DNA of 54,191 nt, counting the filler, from Sluysia triapertura (lineage: Eukaryota): the NCBI GenBank assembly GCA_046118255.1. It is 4 parts of 4 records of this genome, joined end to end, with 100 filler letters (N's around TTAATTAATTAA, not from the genome) between each part and the next. Parts side by side here need not be neighbours in the genome. Positions count along the whole stretch, not along the records: positions 27,653 to 42,190 come from JBJNIA010255520.1; positions 42,291 to 54,191 come from JBJNIA010158601.1; 2 more parts are not named here. One strand, 5' to 3'. The position numbers were made by a program, and so were the translations under genes. The notes below the pieces were generated by a model. The model was given only the letters and a program-made list of their open reading frames with translations, was not told the origin of the DNA and did not search any database. This document shows, piece by piece, positions 38,621 through 51,400 of this stretch. Position 1 is the stretch's first letter, and every line of letters starts with the position of its first letter.

Positions 38621-39615
38621 TAAGAAAATGCTTTCATATTTAAATAAAATTGTAAAGAGAGAAATAATCCTACAATAAAAATTAATTTCTATTTTTGATT
38701 TCCATTTTTAAACTATTTTTTCAAATATTTATATTACTTAATTGATCGCATGCATTATTCATGCAAAATTTAATAGTTCGAAAAACCCTATAATAATAAA
38801 TAAATATTATTATCATTATTATGAAACAATAATAATAATATTTTATTTAAAAATGTAAGTAGGATGCTAATGAATAATAATGGAATAATAATAATTATAA
38901 TAATAAAATATGCATGTGGAACATTTAGTTCAATTAAATTCTATAATATTTGAGTAATACTTTATTAATATTAATGCAGTTCCACAAAGGTAAAATTGTA
39001 ATATTCAGTATAAAGAAGACCACAAACTTACTTCTGATAAATCATTGCAACAAAGTAATTCCAAATTTAAATTGGTAAATTTTTCTGTTATTTTGCAGTT
39101 CTTTATCCGTAATACTAATAAAATGTAAACTAATACGACAAATTTGCTTTTTCAGATTTCTGTTTAATATTTCATCAATAATGAATAATGATATTTGATG
39201 ATCAGAAGTATGTTCTAAAGTCTCAAAAGCTTTTGATAATTTTAAAATTATCATCTTTATCTATACTGCTTAAAATTGATACTGATTTTATTCCAAAACT
39301 ATTATGATGGATTTCGAGAATTTCATGTTTTACAAGTTAAACAAAATGCTTAAATCATTTACTGAAGAGAAAGAATAGAAATCTGGCAAAGACCACATAA
39401 AAATAGCTTTATTACACATTTAAATTTGACAATGAAACTTTTGGATAAAGATGAGACTTTGTTAAATAATTATTACTTAAATCGTCTTTAGTGTTAGTAA
39501 GTGAAGCATTACTTATGGATATTGCTAACTGATGCATTATTTGTATTTTGTGTTAAATGTGATGTAAAAGTAGGATAATAAATAAAAATAAAATGGTAAA
39601 AGTAGAAAGACAATG

Positions 39616-39663
<48 letters not shown>

Positions 39664-39969
39664 GATGATGCTACAAAAGAATAAAAGGATGTAAATATCA
39701 CAATAATAACAGAATAGCAATAATATAATAACAACAATGACACAACAATAGCAATTTGAATAATAAAATTGAATTTTGGTTTATATCTGTGTGTAAATGT
39801 TGAAATGAATAATGTTAACATAATTATGACTATTATTGTGAAGATATATTGCATTTGCGTATGAATATTGTTTCCGTTATATGTATTATTTGTTGATTTG
39901 ATGTTTTGATTTATGATTTTGCTAGATTGTTAGATTGTGTTGATGTTTGTCTACAATTGTGTTTTGGTT

Positions 39970-40019
39970 TCACCTCTTTTCCCGGAATAGCCTCTTGCTT
40001 AAGTTTCTGATATTTTCTT
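39970..40019 (-). CDS. Probable terminal exon of the same gene (EENIRNLSKRLFREKR*)
   Basis: Follows a 94-bp AT-rich intron (40020-40113) ending aacag|. The phase-1 join stays open to TGA at 39970-39972. Confidence 0.45.
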
Positions 40020-40113
40020 CTGTTGTTTAATTAATTTAATAGATTTTAAATGTATAATTATAATTATTATAAAATAAGTTATAATAATTTAAGGGAAATA
40101 AATGTAGAATTAC

Positions 40114-40171
40114 CTGATTCTCTTTTTTTTAAGTGTGATCCGGGAAAAATTGGTTTACCATTTTTGTGATT
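40114..40171 (-). CDS. Internal exon of an unidentified gene (NHKNGKPIFPGSHLKKRES)
   Basis: Strong acceptor ttttcttcattttag| and donor CAG|gtaatt. 58 nt, only one of three frames open, GC above background. Confidence 0.55.
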
Positions 40172-42190
40172 CTAAAATGAAGAAAATATAATTTAAAAAT
40201 TTTTTATTATATATACAATATATATACATTAATATCAATTAATATCAATCTTCAAAAAACTCGACTATGAAGAGAAAAAAACCTTTATTTTAAAATTAAT
40301 ACTTTTAAATTTAATTTATAAATTAAAATATTTTAATTTATATATATTAATCTAATGAGAATTTCTCACAAATTTATTATAGGATTTTGATTTTGTGTAA
40401 AGAAGATTGATTATTGTATTTAATTTATGTGTTTTGATAAATACGATACACATTTGTTCTGCATTTTTAAGGTTGATGACGTCAGAAACCCTTTTTGGTA
40501 TGTATTAATAACAAAAATAGTAATAGTAAAAATCTAACTTTAAGTAGAAATTATCTACTCACAAAAATGAGTAGATAATAAATATTACTTTCACAAATAA
40601 TTTTAAAATTTTCAATTGCTTGTTAAAGTAGGTAATAAATGATAATTTTAGAAATAAATAGTTTGGCACATAAATTGTTAACGCACGGAATACGAGTGTG
40701 ATAGGTTAAATAAATGTATATCATCTGGCTCTTTTTAAATCACGCTTACAATTCAATTTATCAAGTATTTTTCCAACTATGAATGTCATATCATTCAATT
40801 TCAATTTTATTGGCATCTATTTGTCAGCCATGATAAATTTTTTATCTAAATACAGATTTACATCTGACGATTTATTGTAGTAAATTTATTAATTTATAAG
40901 GTATATTTAAATAATAAAATAGACTTAAATTAATTTCTTAGAATTGTTAACCTAATTTAGTGAGGATCAAAATCACAATTAAAATTATATAAAACAAATT
41001 AAAGCTTAGAAAGCTTTATTTATTTATTTTTATCATCTACATTCATTTTTATATAACCTTTTACTTAATCATTTTATGATATTCAAGAAGATCCATTAAG
41101 AACTTGATTCACAGTTTGATAAAGTTGTAGAAACGGACATTTTCAACACTTCATTTTGATTTTTTATTTGTTATATGATTTAAACAAAGTTAAAATTTCA
41201 AGTATTTAAGAGTTAAATTATTTAAATAAGCATAATTAAATTAATAATTATGACTATTTAATTGATTTAATGGGTAACGAACTACAAAAATGGAATAAAA
41301 AGCTGCCAACAGAGTTAACTTTATCAAAATACTATTCTGAGTGATAAAACATCAAAATGCGTGTCATTATTAGACCAATTAGAAGTCGTACATTTGAAAG
41401 CACTTTACTGTATAAATCAATATTTCACATATTTAAGTTTAATCCAATACTAAAAATATTTTTACAAAAAAGTTTAGTAAATTTTCATTTAAAAATTTGA
41501 AATAATTTTTTCAATAAAACTTACTTTAATTCTGATTTTTAACATCAAATAGTTATAACAAATATTTCATTCAATTATTTATAATAACTTCCTCAGACAT
41601 TATTTGGTATTATAAACATATCTAAAAATAGAATTGCGGTTTAAAATTAACGATTTAGTAATTAAATTAATACGTAATCAATAAGATAAATCAAGATAAT
41701 ATATGTTATGTGTAAACACATTTAAGTTATAATTAATTGATAAAACAATTTTATTTCAGATCAAACAATTTTTTATCACAGAAGTCACAATACATAATTT
41801 AGAAGTAAAGTAGTTTAGAATTCAGATATTGACATAATCTAATAACCTAACATACAGCAAATTAATTAATTATTGTGAGTCCCTTGACATTATGCGACTT
41901 ACTAATGACATACCTGTAAAATTAATCGTACAAAAAATATGCTTTGCCTTAACTTAACAAGAATGGGCAAAAATCGTCGTTTTACAACAGATAACTCAAA
42001 AAACAAAGTAAGACCAACGCTAGTTTAATAGATATTCAAATTAAAATTAAGAGAATAATAATAGCATAAGAACGTACTCTTTCCTATATTTCTAAATTCT
42101 AATATCACGACCATTAAAATTTAATAAAAATAATATCAAAATCGACGTAACTTTTATTTCTTAAAAAATATTATTAATTAAGAGTTATTT

Positions 42191-42290
42191 NNNNNNNNNN
42201 NNNNNNNNNNNNNNNNNNNNNNNNNNNNNNNNNNTTAATTAATTAANNNNNNNNNNNNNNNNNNNNNNNNNNNNNNNNNNNNNNNNNNNN
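42191..42290. other. Artificial contig linker (N44-TTAATTAATTAA-N44)
   Basis: Same construct as 12601-12700. Confidence 0.97.
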
Positions 42291-42292
42291 TT

Positions 42293-42327
<35 letters not shown>

Positions 42328-42462
42328 CCTATATTTAATTTTGTATATTTATTCTCATTTTGTTTAATACATATATTAGAGTGTTAATCGTATTTTTGTC
42401 ACTAAGTAAATATATATTGTTAATAAAGCGACATAATTAATTAGCAAATCGTGCATCAAGCT

Positions 42463-42550
42463 TAAGATTATCTTTCCATAGTACTGACATATTATTTCCT
42501 ATAACTAAGTCTTCCGCGAGATATAAAACTTAGATTATAGGCGGACCCGT
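42463..42550 (-). repeat. ~87-bp dispersed repeat / probable TIR (partner 16960-17046)
   Basis: tagtactgacatatt...tcctataactaagtcttccgcgagatataaaacttagattataggcggacccg followed by TA. Confidence 0.85.
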
Positions 42551-43756
42551 AAAATAATTATAATTGTTCATTAAGATGAAAGTAAAGTAAAATTTTGAAC
42601 ATATTTAATTGATCGAAAAACTTTCTAAAACTGGCACATATTTGTAGCTTATTTATTATGATGAAAGAACTGAAGTAGAAACTATTGATCAGGGAAGTAG
42701 TGATTCTGAAAATAAATCAAATGATTCTTGTTCAAATGTCCAAAATGAAAATTGTGACCAGTTAACATTGGATGATGCAGAGAATGTGCTCAAATTCAAA
42801 GAGAATAATTCTTGTTTTACAGAAGTCTGCAAATAGAAATAGCTAAGCAGACGTTTTAAAGTGGTCAAAATTCCGACTCTAGAGACAGCCAAGTACCCAA
42901 CAAATGAGTTAATAATTGAAAAGCTCGAAGTTATAGCATCAACCAACTGCAAAATTAAATATTAATATAATTTGGTTAAGCAGTCAATACTTAAAAGCGT
43001 ATAAAATTCATTATCTAATTTTCAGTATCTGTAATTATGTATATACAGTTACAAAAATACACTTGTTTGATTTTGCAAATCTTTTATTTTAACTAAAACT
43101 AACTTCTTTCTGAAACTGGAACAACACTTCAAAAACACAATTTTCAGATTTACAAATTTATATTTAAAATAATATTATAGTTATAATAATTTTTAATAAT
43201 GATGTTTCAATAATAACAATAACATTTAAAAAAATATTATGCTTTTAACAGCAAACTATTACATAGACAATTATATAAATTATCAATATATTTGCTGAAT
43301 TTATTGATAGATTGAATTTTTTCCACTTGTTTCATTATTTCATAATAAATAAATTAATAATACTATATAATTATTTTCATACTAATCTGCATCAGCTTGT
43401 AGATAATTGAAATATTTTATTTATTTAAACAAATATCAACACAAACCGGTAATAAAATGTGAATATTTGTATGAGATAAATACCATAAAGGTAATTTTAT
43501 TATTAGTTTGTTTTATTTATATAATTAAAAGTATGCATGTATAAGTGTAATAAATTGTTTTGTGCACTATTACCTATTTTAATTTGAAAGTAAAGTAAAT
43601 TATCATTCAGAAAATTCAATGAAAGAACCCTTGTTAAAGTTTTTTTGAATTTTGTACATGTAAATGAAATTAAGATGAAAATAAGTAATAATAATAATAA
43701 TGAAGTGATATTTATTGATAATAATATTATCTTCGAAAATTATTTATAATACGAAA

Positions 43757-44805
43757 CAAAGCTCTGAAAAGTATAGGACACCCCCTGCTTTTTGCTGTAT
43801 ATACAAACAATTTATATAATAACAAATTAATATAATAAATAAAACACGAATAAACACTATTACTTATTTATAGTTTCTAATTTTAGAACACTTTTAATTA
43901 CTCTATATTGCATTTAGTTAAATAAATTTCGTTTTATTCATGAATGTTACTGAGTTTTTCACTACCTTATCGAATTAATCAATGTTATTTCAATCTTTTC
44001 CCCAAAGCATCCAATATTTCATTTTTTAACTCAAAAAAGGAGAAAGTAATGCGAGTATTGCCAAAAAAGTTAAACAGATCAAGACATGAGATATCCAATT
44101 ATAAAAAGTAATGGAAACAAATGAGCAGAAAAGAAGTTTAATGAGGTATACGAAAAATACAACATTGTCTACATCTCGCATAATGTCAGATTTAGACCTA
44201 AACTGCAGTAAAACAACAGTATGGAGAATATTAAAAAATAATGGTGAGGTCGCATTCATTAAAGTACTTACTATACCTCCACTTACAAGAATTCACTTTC
44301 CCGAAAATCATATTAATAACCACACTGATTGGACCAAGATAATATTCTCAGATGAGAAGAAATTTAATTTGGATGGTCCTAATTCAAAAGAATCATTTTC
44401 TCAGAGAATTTGTGGTGGTGGATCAGTTACAGTATGAGGTGCCATAATTTATGATAAAAAGCTAGCTTTATTACGTGTGGTTCCATCAACTCTTAATGGT
44501 AATAAGTACTATGATTTAGTAAAAGAAGTAGTAATTCCGTATGTCAAACTTCCAGAAAATATCATTGTCATCGATCTAAAACTACACTTAATAAGTTCAG
44601 TGACGATGGATTAAAAGTGTTAAAGTGACCAGCAATCCAACAGAAAATGTAAAGTCTCAATTATTCTTTAAGGTGTACAGTCAAGGAAACAGTATAACAA
44701 TATATCCGTAACATCAATAAAAGTTCTAATTTTGTACAATACACTATATAGTCCCTTAAATAAAAAGTTTGCATAATATGTGTCTTATACTTCTAAAATA
44801 TGGTG
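43757..44805 (+). mobile_element. Tc1/Tc3-family DNA transposon, decayed, with remnant TIRs
   Basis: Transposase ORF 44111-44437: LNCSKTTVWRILK (HTH), DWTKIIFSDEKKFNLDGP, GGGSVTV*GAI. TIR cores aagtataggacac (43769-43781) and gtgtcttatactt (44780-44792). Right end followed by TA. Confidence 0.92.
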
Positions 44806-45284
44806 TAAATAAACAATTTGGAAAATATTTAATACAATACAACGACACAGAGTTTTATAAAAGGGGCTTTTTTACAAATTTTCATTTCGCGAAGAAATAT
44901 TATTATATTATAATTATTAAAAAAATATGTTTTATTTATGAATTATTACGAATTAAGAAAGCGTGAAATAAATTTTGAACCATAACGTTAAATTTAATTA
45001 AAAATTCAACAAATAAGCATATTTCAAGTCTCGTGATGATGAAACTGATGATAATGGGGATGCGTGTGGTTTTGCACANNNNNNNNNNNNNNNNNNNNNN
45101 NNNNNNNNNNNNNNNNNNNNNNNNNNNNNNNNNNNNNNNNNNNNNNNNNNNNNNNNNNNNNNNNNNNNNNNNNNNNNNNNNNNNNNNNNNNNNNNNNNNN
45201 NNNNNNNNNNNNNNNNNNNNNNNNNNNNNNNNNNNNNNNNNNNNNNNNNNNNNNNNNNNNNNNNNNATCCCAATTCCATTTTTA

Positions 45285-45951
45285 TGATAAAATAATAATG
45301 ATAATAATAATGTTAACAATAATAACATTGATAATAATAATGTTAACAATAATAACATTGATAATAATAATGATAATTATGTTAATAATAATAATTATAA
45401 TAATAATGATAATAATAATGTTTAATGATAATGATAATAATAATAATAACAATATAATAATGATTATAATAATGATAATAGTAAGAATTATGATAATAAT
45501 GATAACAATGATAACATTGATAATAATAATGATAACAACAATAATAATAACGATAATAATAATGATTACAATAATAATGATAATAATAATAATGATAATA
45601 ATAATAGTAATATTGATGATAATGTGATAATGATACTAATGATAACAATAATAACATTAATGATAATAATGAAAATATTAATGATAATGATATTGGATAA
45701 AATAATAATGGTAATAATAATGATAGTAATAATGATAACAATAATGATAACAATAATGATAATAATAAGAGTAATGATAATAATAATAATAGGAATAATA
45801 ATAATAATAGGAATGATAATAGTAATGATAATAATAATAATGATAATAAAAATAATAATAGCATTATAATTATTAAAAATGATAATAACAATAATGATAA
45901 TAATTATGGTAATTATGATAATTATCATGATGATAATAATAATCATAACAT
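45285..45951. repeat. Degenerate (AAT/GAT/AAC)n trinucleotide satellite
   Basis: Directly visible and flanked by N gaps. Explains the poly-Ile/Leu/Tyr ORFs in the track. Confidence 0.97.
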
Positions 45952-47929
45952 NNNNNNNNNNNNNNNNNNNNNNNNNNNNNNNNNNNNNNNNNNNNNNNNN
46001 NNNNNNNNNNNNNNNNNNNNNNNNNNNNNNNNNNNNNNNNNNNNNNNNNNNNNNNNNNNNNNNNNNNNNNNNNNNNNNNNNNNNNNNNNNNNNNNNNNNN
46101 NNNNNNNNNNNNNNNNNNNNNNNNNNNNNNNNNNNNNNNNNNNNNNNNNNNNNNNNNNNNNNNNNNNNNNNNNNNNNNNNNTGTTATTAAATTCATTTTA
46201 TTATTTCAATATTAATATCGGATTAAAAAGAATTATTAAAAACTAATATAAATAAAGATGGAGCTTTTTTAAATATATAAATATCAAATAAAAGATACTT
46301 TATTTTGATTTTGTAAATTTTGTTTTTTGTTTCTTTATTTTTGTTATTTTATTTTAAATTTTGTTTATGCTAAATAAAAAAATAAATATTATGAAAAATG
46401 AAAAGAAAACATTAGTAGAGTAATAAAGGAGTATTATGAGGAAGAAAACAGTATTCAGATCAGTATGAATAAAGAATGATTTATGGCCGGTAATTGAAAA
46501 TAATGAAGATGCAACAACAATAATGTTATTATAATTATAATAATAGGAATAATAAGAAATATTTTCATATTTTAATAAATATTTCTTAATAAAACTTAAG
46601 ATAATGTTAAATAATATAAGTAAATGTTGAATTCGTTGAATTCTTGATTCGTTGATGCTCTGATAGATCTACTTAGTATTTGAAATACATTGAAATTTTG
46701 ATTGAAAGATTCTATATGTTTAAGAATGATATTTACTATTGATTTGTATAAAATAATAAGTTAATTCAGTGTCCAGATAAGTGTATATGATGGAAGAACA
46801 ATGCATCTACATACGATTATATAATAGGCTTAAATAAATGAATTTTCATTTGCATAGTACGAAATTATTAAAAATTAAATTATCTGTTTTGTTATCTAGG
46901 GTATCGAATAATCTTACGATGTGTTTGTAGTAATAATTTGGAAATTATTTAATTAAATAAACTAAAAGATTTATGTTTGAAGCATTTTTTCAAATCAAAA
47001 CTAATCTATTTCGATCAAGATTTAGATTAATTCTCTTCAATAATTTCAAACTTTCTTCTTTTATCGCTGCATAATTCTGTTTGTATGCGAACTAATCCTA
47101 TGTCATCATTATCATCATCATCATTTTCATAATCATAATAATAATCATCATCACAGTGCTAAGTTCTTTAGTTGAAGGTCTTATTCTTGAGTTTTAACAT
47201 CACATCATTTTATTTCTCTTAAATCCATTTATCTATTAATTCTTCTATTTCAGTACAACTATTAAAATAAGAAATATTTCTTTTATAATTATGTTGTACA
47301 ATTCAGAAATTTGTAAATATTTAAGTGAACTATTAATAATATTATTTATTATTTAAGCAATAACGACTGCACTTATTCTATCTGGTATTTAAATAATGTA
47401 GATTTATATACTTAATATATGTTATCAGTGAAATATTGTATATTAAAATAATATAAATAATATATAAATGAATATTTAGCTAGTATCATTTTGTTTATAG
47501 TCGTCTAGCGATAATAAGTAAGAATTTACTTTCCATATGTTTATTTTATAATAATATAGTGTAACTTTCTTCGAATCATTAATTTTCAATGTGTCATTTT
47601 AGAGATTATGTCCATCTATTATTGATTTTAATATTGATTTTATCTCCTATTTATTCAAAGCATATTCAAAACATAAAATGTTCTTTTATTAAAACTTATA
47701 AAACTTATTTCCGCTTTTATTTCAATTTTGGAATTAATTGTAAATCATTGTCACAAAAATATAAATAAAAATTTAAATAAATAAAATAAGAAATAATAAA
47801 ATTTAATAATTATAACATAATTGAAATAAGGTGGAAATTCTGTATTAAATTTTAGAGGGTTTTGACCCTTATTTCGATTTTGCCTATTTTAATTTTGTCA
47901 ATGATTATTTCAATCCTATCAAGCCTTAT

Positions 47930-49061
47930 TCCTTTAACCGCCGATGAGCGCGTTTTTGTGAACATAAATTTATTTGAAAGATTATATGAAATATATGTGA
48001 GAAAAGCCATTAAAAATATGGTGCAACTTGCGTTAGTGTTAATTTCAAAATTAATAAAAAATGTATAATTTTCCATGAATTTTCAATAAAATAGCATAAA
48101 ATGTGAAAATTGGTTAATTTATTATTCTCTATCAAGGTGTAATATAGTGTGGAATGTTCTAAAGCAATCAGACACACAGAGAGGCACTCCATTTTCACAA
48201 CTTTCACACATATAAATTGTTCTCGTCTCTCTTCCTCTGGCACTACATACGTCTACGATTAGTTCTACTGTCATTGTTTGAATTCAAACTAGGAAAATGT
48301 CGCCCAATGTGTCTTTGAGTTTGGTCTTGGATAAGCGGTCGCTGAGCACTATATTTCTGAAAAATGTTTCTCACTATCTCCAGTTTATATGAAATATTCA
48401 ATTTGTTGCTTTTTTGAGTAAATGGCATAATAATTGAAGACAGAAAGATCAAGAAAATGAAAAAACACCTTCTTGTATGACTTAACAGATTTACAAAATG
48501 CACTCACAAAAGGACATCTGCACATCAACCTTATCGACTGTATTCATGTGTTTGTTGTAATCGAGGATACATTGAGACTTCATTATTGGTTGATTATCCA
48601 TCGAAGTAGCCACTTCAATGCGAGAACTGTTCCATTATTTTGATGTTGAACGTAATCCGGCATGTATAATTATGAAAATTTGTTTGAAAGTTCGTATTTT
48701 GGCCATGTCCATGTATCATTCAATAAATCAGGGTCAATAAACTCTTCGACATCAGTATCTTCGTCAACATCGTAGTTTGACATGTTATCAGCCATAAATT
48801 CATCGTAATCATCAGTATCTGCCATCTTCTAACAAAAGTAATAATAACTTTAGACTTTATAATATTTTCACTTATTTTATTTCATTTAAATATTTTTCTC
48901 ACAAAATGGTGGTATATTATTGAAATAACGTTGTGCACACAGTCTAAAAGCAGAAATGATTATGCAAAACATTGTCATTATTTAATCCTCTAAAACAATA
49001 TGTACCATGACCTGCTTAAGCCTGAGAAACTTGCAGAAATACGAGTGGGACGGCGAAAGGG
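47930..49061 (-). mobile_element. piggyBac (PGBD4-like) transposon, internally deleted
   Basis: Right end ...GGCGAAAGGG-TTAA (49062-49065); left end TTAT-TCCTTTAACCGCC. The - strand has an acidic N-terminus MADTDDYDEFMADN (ATG about 48825), then CILDYNKHMNTVDKVDVQMS...KSVKSYKKVFFHFLDLSVFNYY, RHIGRHFP, and an eroded C-terminal Cys-rich domain ending CFRTFHT. Confidence 0.92.
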
Positions 49062-49553
49062 TTAATTTCAATGTTGTTATAATTATTAAATTTTATTAAT
49101 CCTTATTTCATTTATTGTTAATTTAAAACTTAAATTTAAATTTTGTAAAACTTAATTATTCTTTTTGCATTGAAGTGTGGCAAAATTGAAATAAGGATAG
49201 AAACCTTGTTACTGTTACGTTAGTGTGTCACCATATTAATAATGAGAATCATAAAAACGTGATCTATTTAAACATATGTTACTTTGTTTAAATAATTAAA
49301 CAATTTTATTATCAATTTTTTAAATGTTTGAATGAGATTTCTTCCATTTGCAAACTGCTATTGGAAAATTATTCAATAAATTAATTAATTTATTCAAAAT
49401 TAACATTCGTGCTTAAAAAAATGATAGATTTTTTCTTGGATTTATTAGAAAATTCGTGATTGCGTTTTATGAAAATATAAATATATAAAATATTTAGTTC
49501 TCGTTACTGTCAAATTAAAAATATATTATTATGTATCATGTATCGATTCAATT

Positions 49554-49890
49554 CAGGGGTGGACTAAAGCCTAGGCAACCTAGGCACGTACCTAGGGCCC
49601 ATAATTTTTGGGGCCCGAAAATTAGGTTTTTAATTTGTATTGTTATTTAACAGAAAAACGTGATATTCATAATTATTGATGAAACATCCAAATTATGCCA
49701 AATCGTTGATTGATAAAGTCGGCAAGTGTGGACGAACGTTCTCGTGCTTATGCATCCACACCATGCGAGTGTCGATGTGTGTAAATACGATCGAGCCTTT
49801 ACTATGCACGTGTTTAAAAAATCATGATTGAAAAGTAGGGCCGGAATTACAATGTTGCCTAGGGCTCGCTTTGGCCTTAGTCCGCCACTG
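49554..49890. mobile_element. 337-bp hAT-superfamily MITE with perfect 8-bp TSD
   Basis: TIRs CAGGGGTGGACTAAAGCC / GGCCTTAGTCCGCCACTG (15/18 match). Subterminal CCTAGG and GGGCCC motifs. TSD ATTCAATT at 49546-49553 and 49891-49898. Confidence 0.95.
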
Positions 49891-50503
49891 ATTCAATTGA
49901 AATAGTGAAGATAATAACTGTGAAGGAATGAAATTAATACATTATTTATTTATTGTAGAACAACTGGACTATTAATAACAATATCAAGGTGGGGAAAATG
50001 TATCGATTTACAAATATGCTGGTGCTTTACATTAATTCAGAGATTACGTCTAGCTACACGNNNNNNNNNNNNNNNNNNNNNNNNNNNNNNNNNNNNNNNN
50101 NNNNNNNNNNNNNNNNNNNNNNNNNNNNNNNNNNNNNNNNNNNNNNNNNNNNNNNNNNNNNNNNNNNNNNNNNNNNNNNNNNNNNNNNNNNNNNNNNNNN
50201 NNNNNNNNNNNNNNNNNNNNNNNNNNNNNNNNNNNNNNNNNNNNNNNNNNNNNNNNNNNNNNNNNNNNNNNNNNNNNNNNNNNNNNNNNNNNNNNNNNNN
50301 NNNNNNNNNNNNNNNNNNNNNNNNNNNNNNNNNNNNNNNNNNNNNNNNNNNNNNNNNNNNNNNNNNNNNNNNNNNNNNNNNNNNNNNNNNNNNNNNNNNN
50401 NNNNNNNNNNNNNNNNNNNNNNNNNNNNNNNNNNNNNNNNNNNNNNNNNNNNNNNNNNNNNNNNNNNNNNNNNNGTCATTATTACTATTACTATTATTAT
50501 TAC

Positions 50504-50546
<43 letters not shown>

Positions 50547-51400
50547 AGTTGGCTGAGATCCACGCGTAAGGCAAGCCCATAGGATTTTTGCTTTTAATTT
50601 TTCGATGCGGATCCATGTCACTATCTTACAAATCTTTTCTCTCACATGTTTATTATACATGTTACTATTGCTTGTTTTTGACCAATGAGATTTAAAATTT
50701 CCTTATATTCCTTAATCTAAATTAACTATTTTTAAACTTAATCTTATACTTAACTCTAGATTTCTCTAGTTCAATAATTTGGATCTATTCAAATACCAAT
50801 AATCAAATGCAATGATATATTCGCAAATTGTACAATACAATTAAACTTGATGTATACTTACAATAATTATAATATAAATTTGTCAGTATAATAATATTAA
50901 ATACTTGAATTTTAAAAACTAATATTACACAGAAAATATTAAATTATTATAAGTTACGTGAGAATTTAACCTTACTTAAATAATGAATAATTCATGAAAA
51001 TTAGCTTACAATATACAATAAAGGATGGGTATGTGTAGAAAGGTCAAGTCAACAAAGTAGAATAAATGTAAATACTTTGTAAATACTTGATGAATATATA
51101 AAAGGTATCCAAGAAAGATTAAAAGTATAATAAGTTAATCCGTTATTAGAAGTATTGGAAAAATCAACGACTACTATTAATTCTCACAATATCAGATTCA
51201 AACAAACAGTTCTTTCAAAAGATTAATCATTTTTCTCCATGTCAACCGTAAGTTTTATCATTGTACAGTTTGTTTAACATAAAATAGACTTAAAATAGAT
51301 TAATTTTCCATACTGTGATAAAACAATCTCAAAATCGTTTAAAATTAAATTTTACTAATATTAGAGTGAAATCTTTAAAATTTCAAATGGAATAAATTGG

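Noticed and set aside
40472-40497. Possible 26-nt + strand microexon (taag|GTTGATGACGTCAGAAACCCTTTTTG|gtatgt)
   Set aside because: No partner exons or recognisable protein. Splice-like motifs arise often by chance here.
44936-46196. Many long overlapping ORFs (poly-Ile/Leu/Tyr/X); likewise 49989-50660, 53737-54018 and 39537-39854
   Set aside because: Artefacts of (AAT)n microsatellites and N gaps, which lack stops in some frames.
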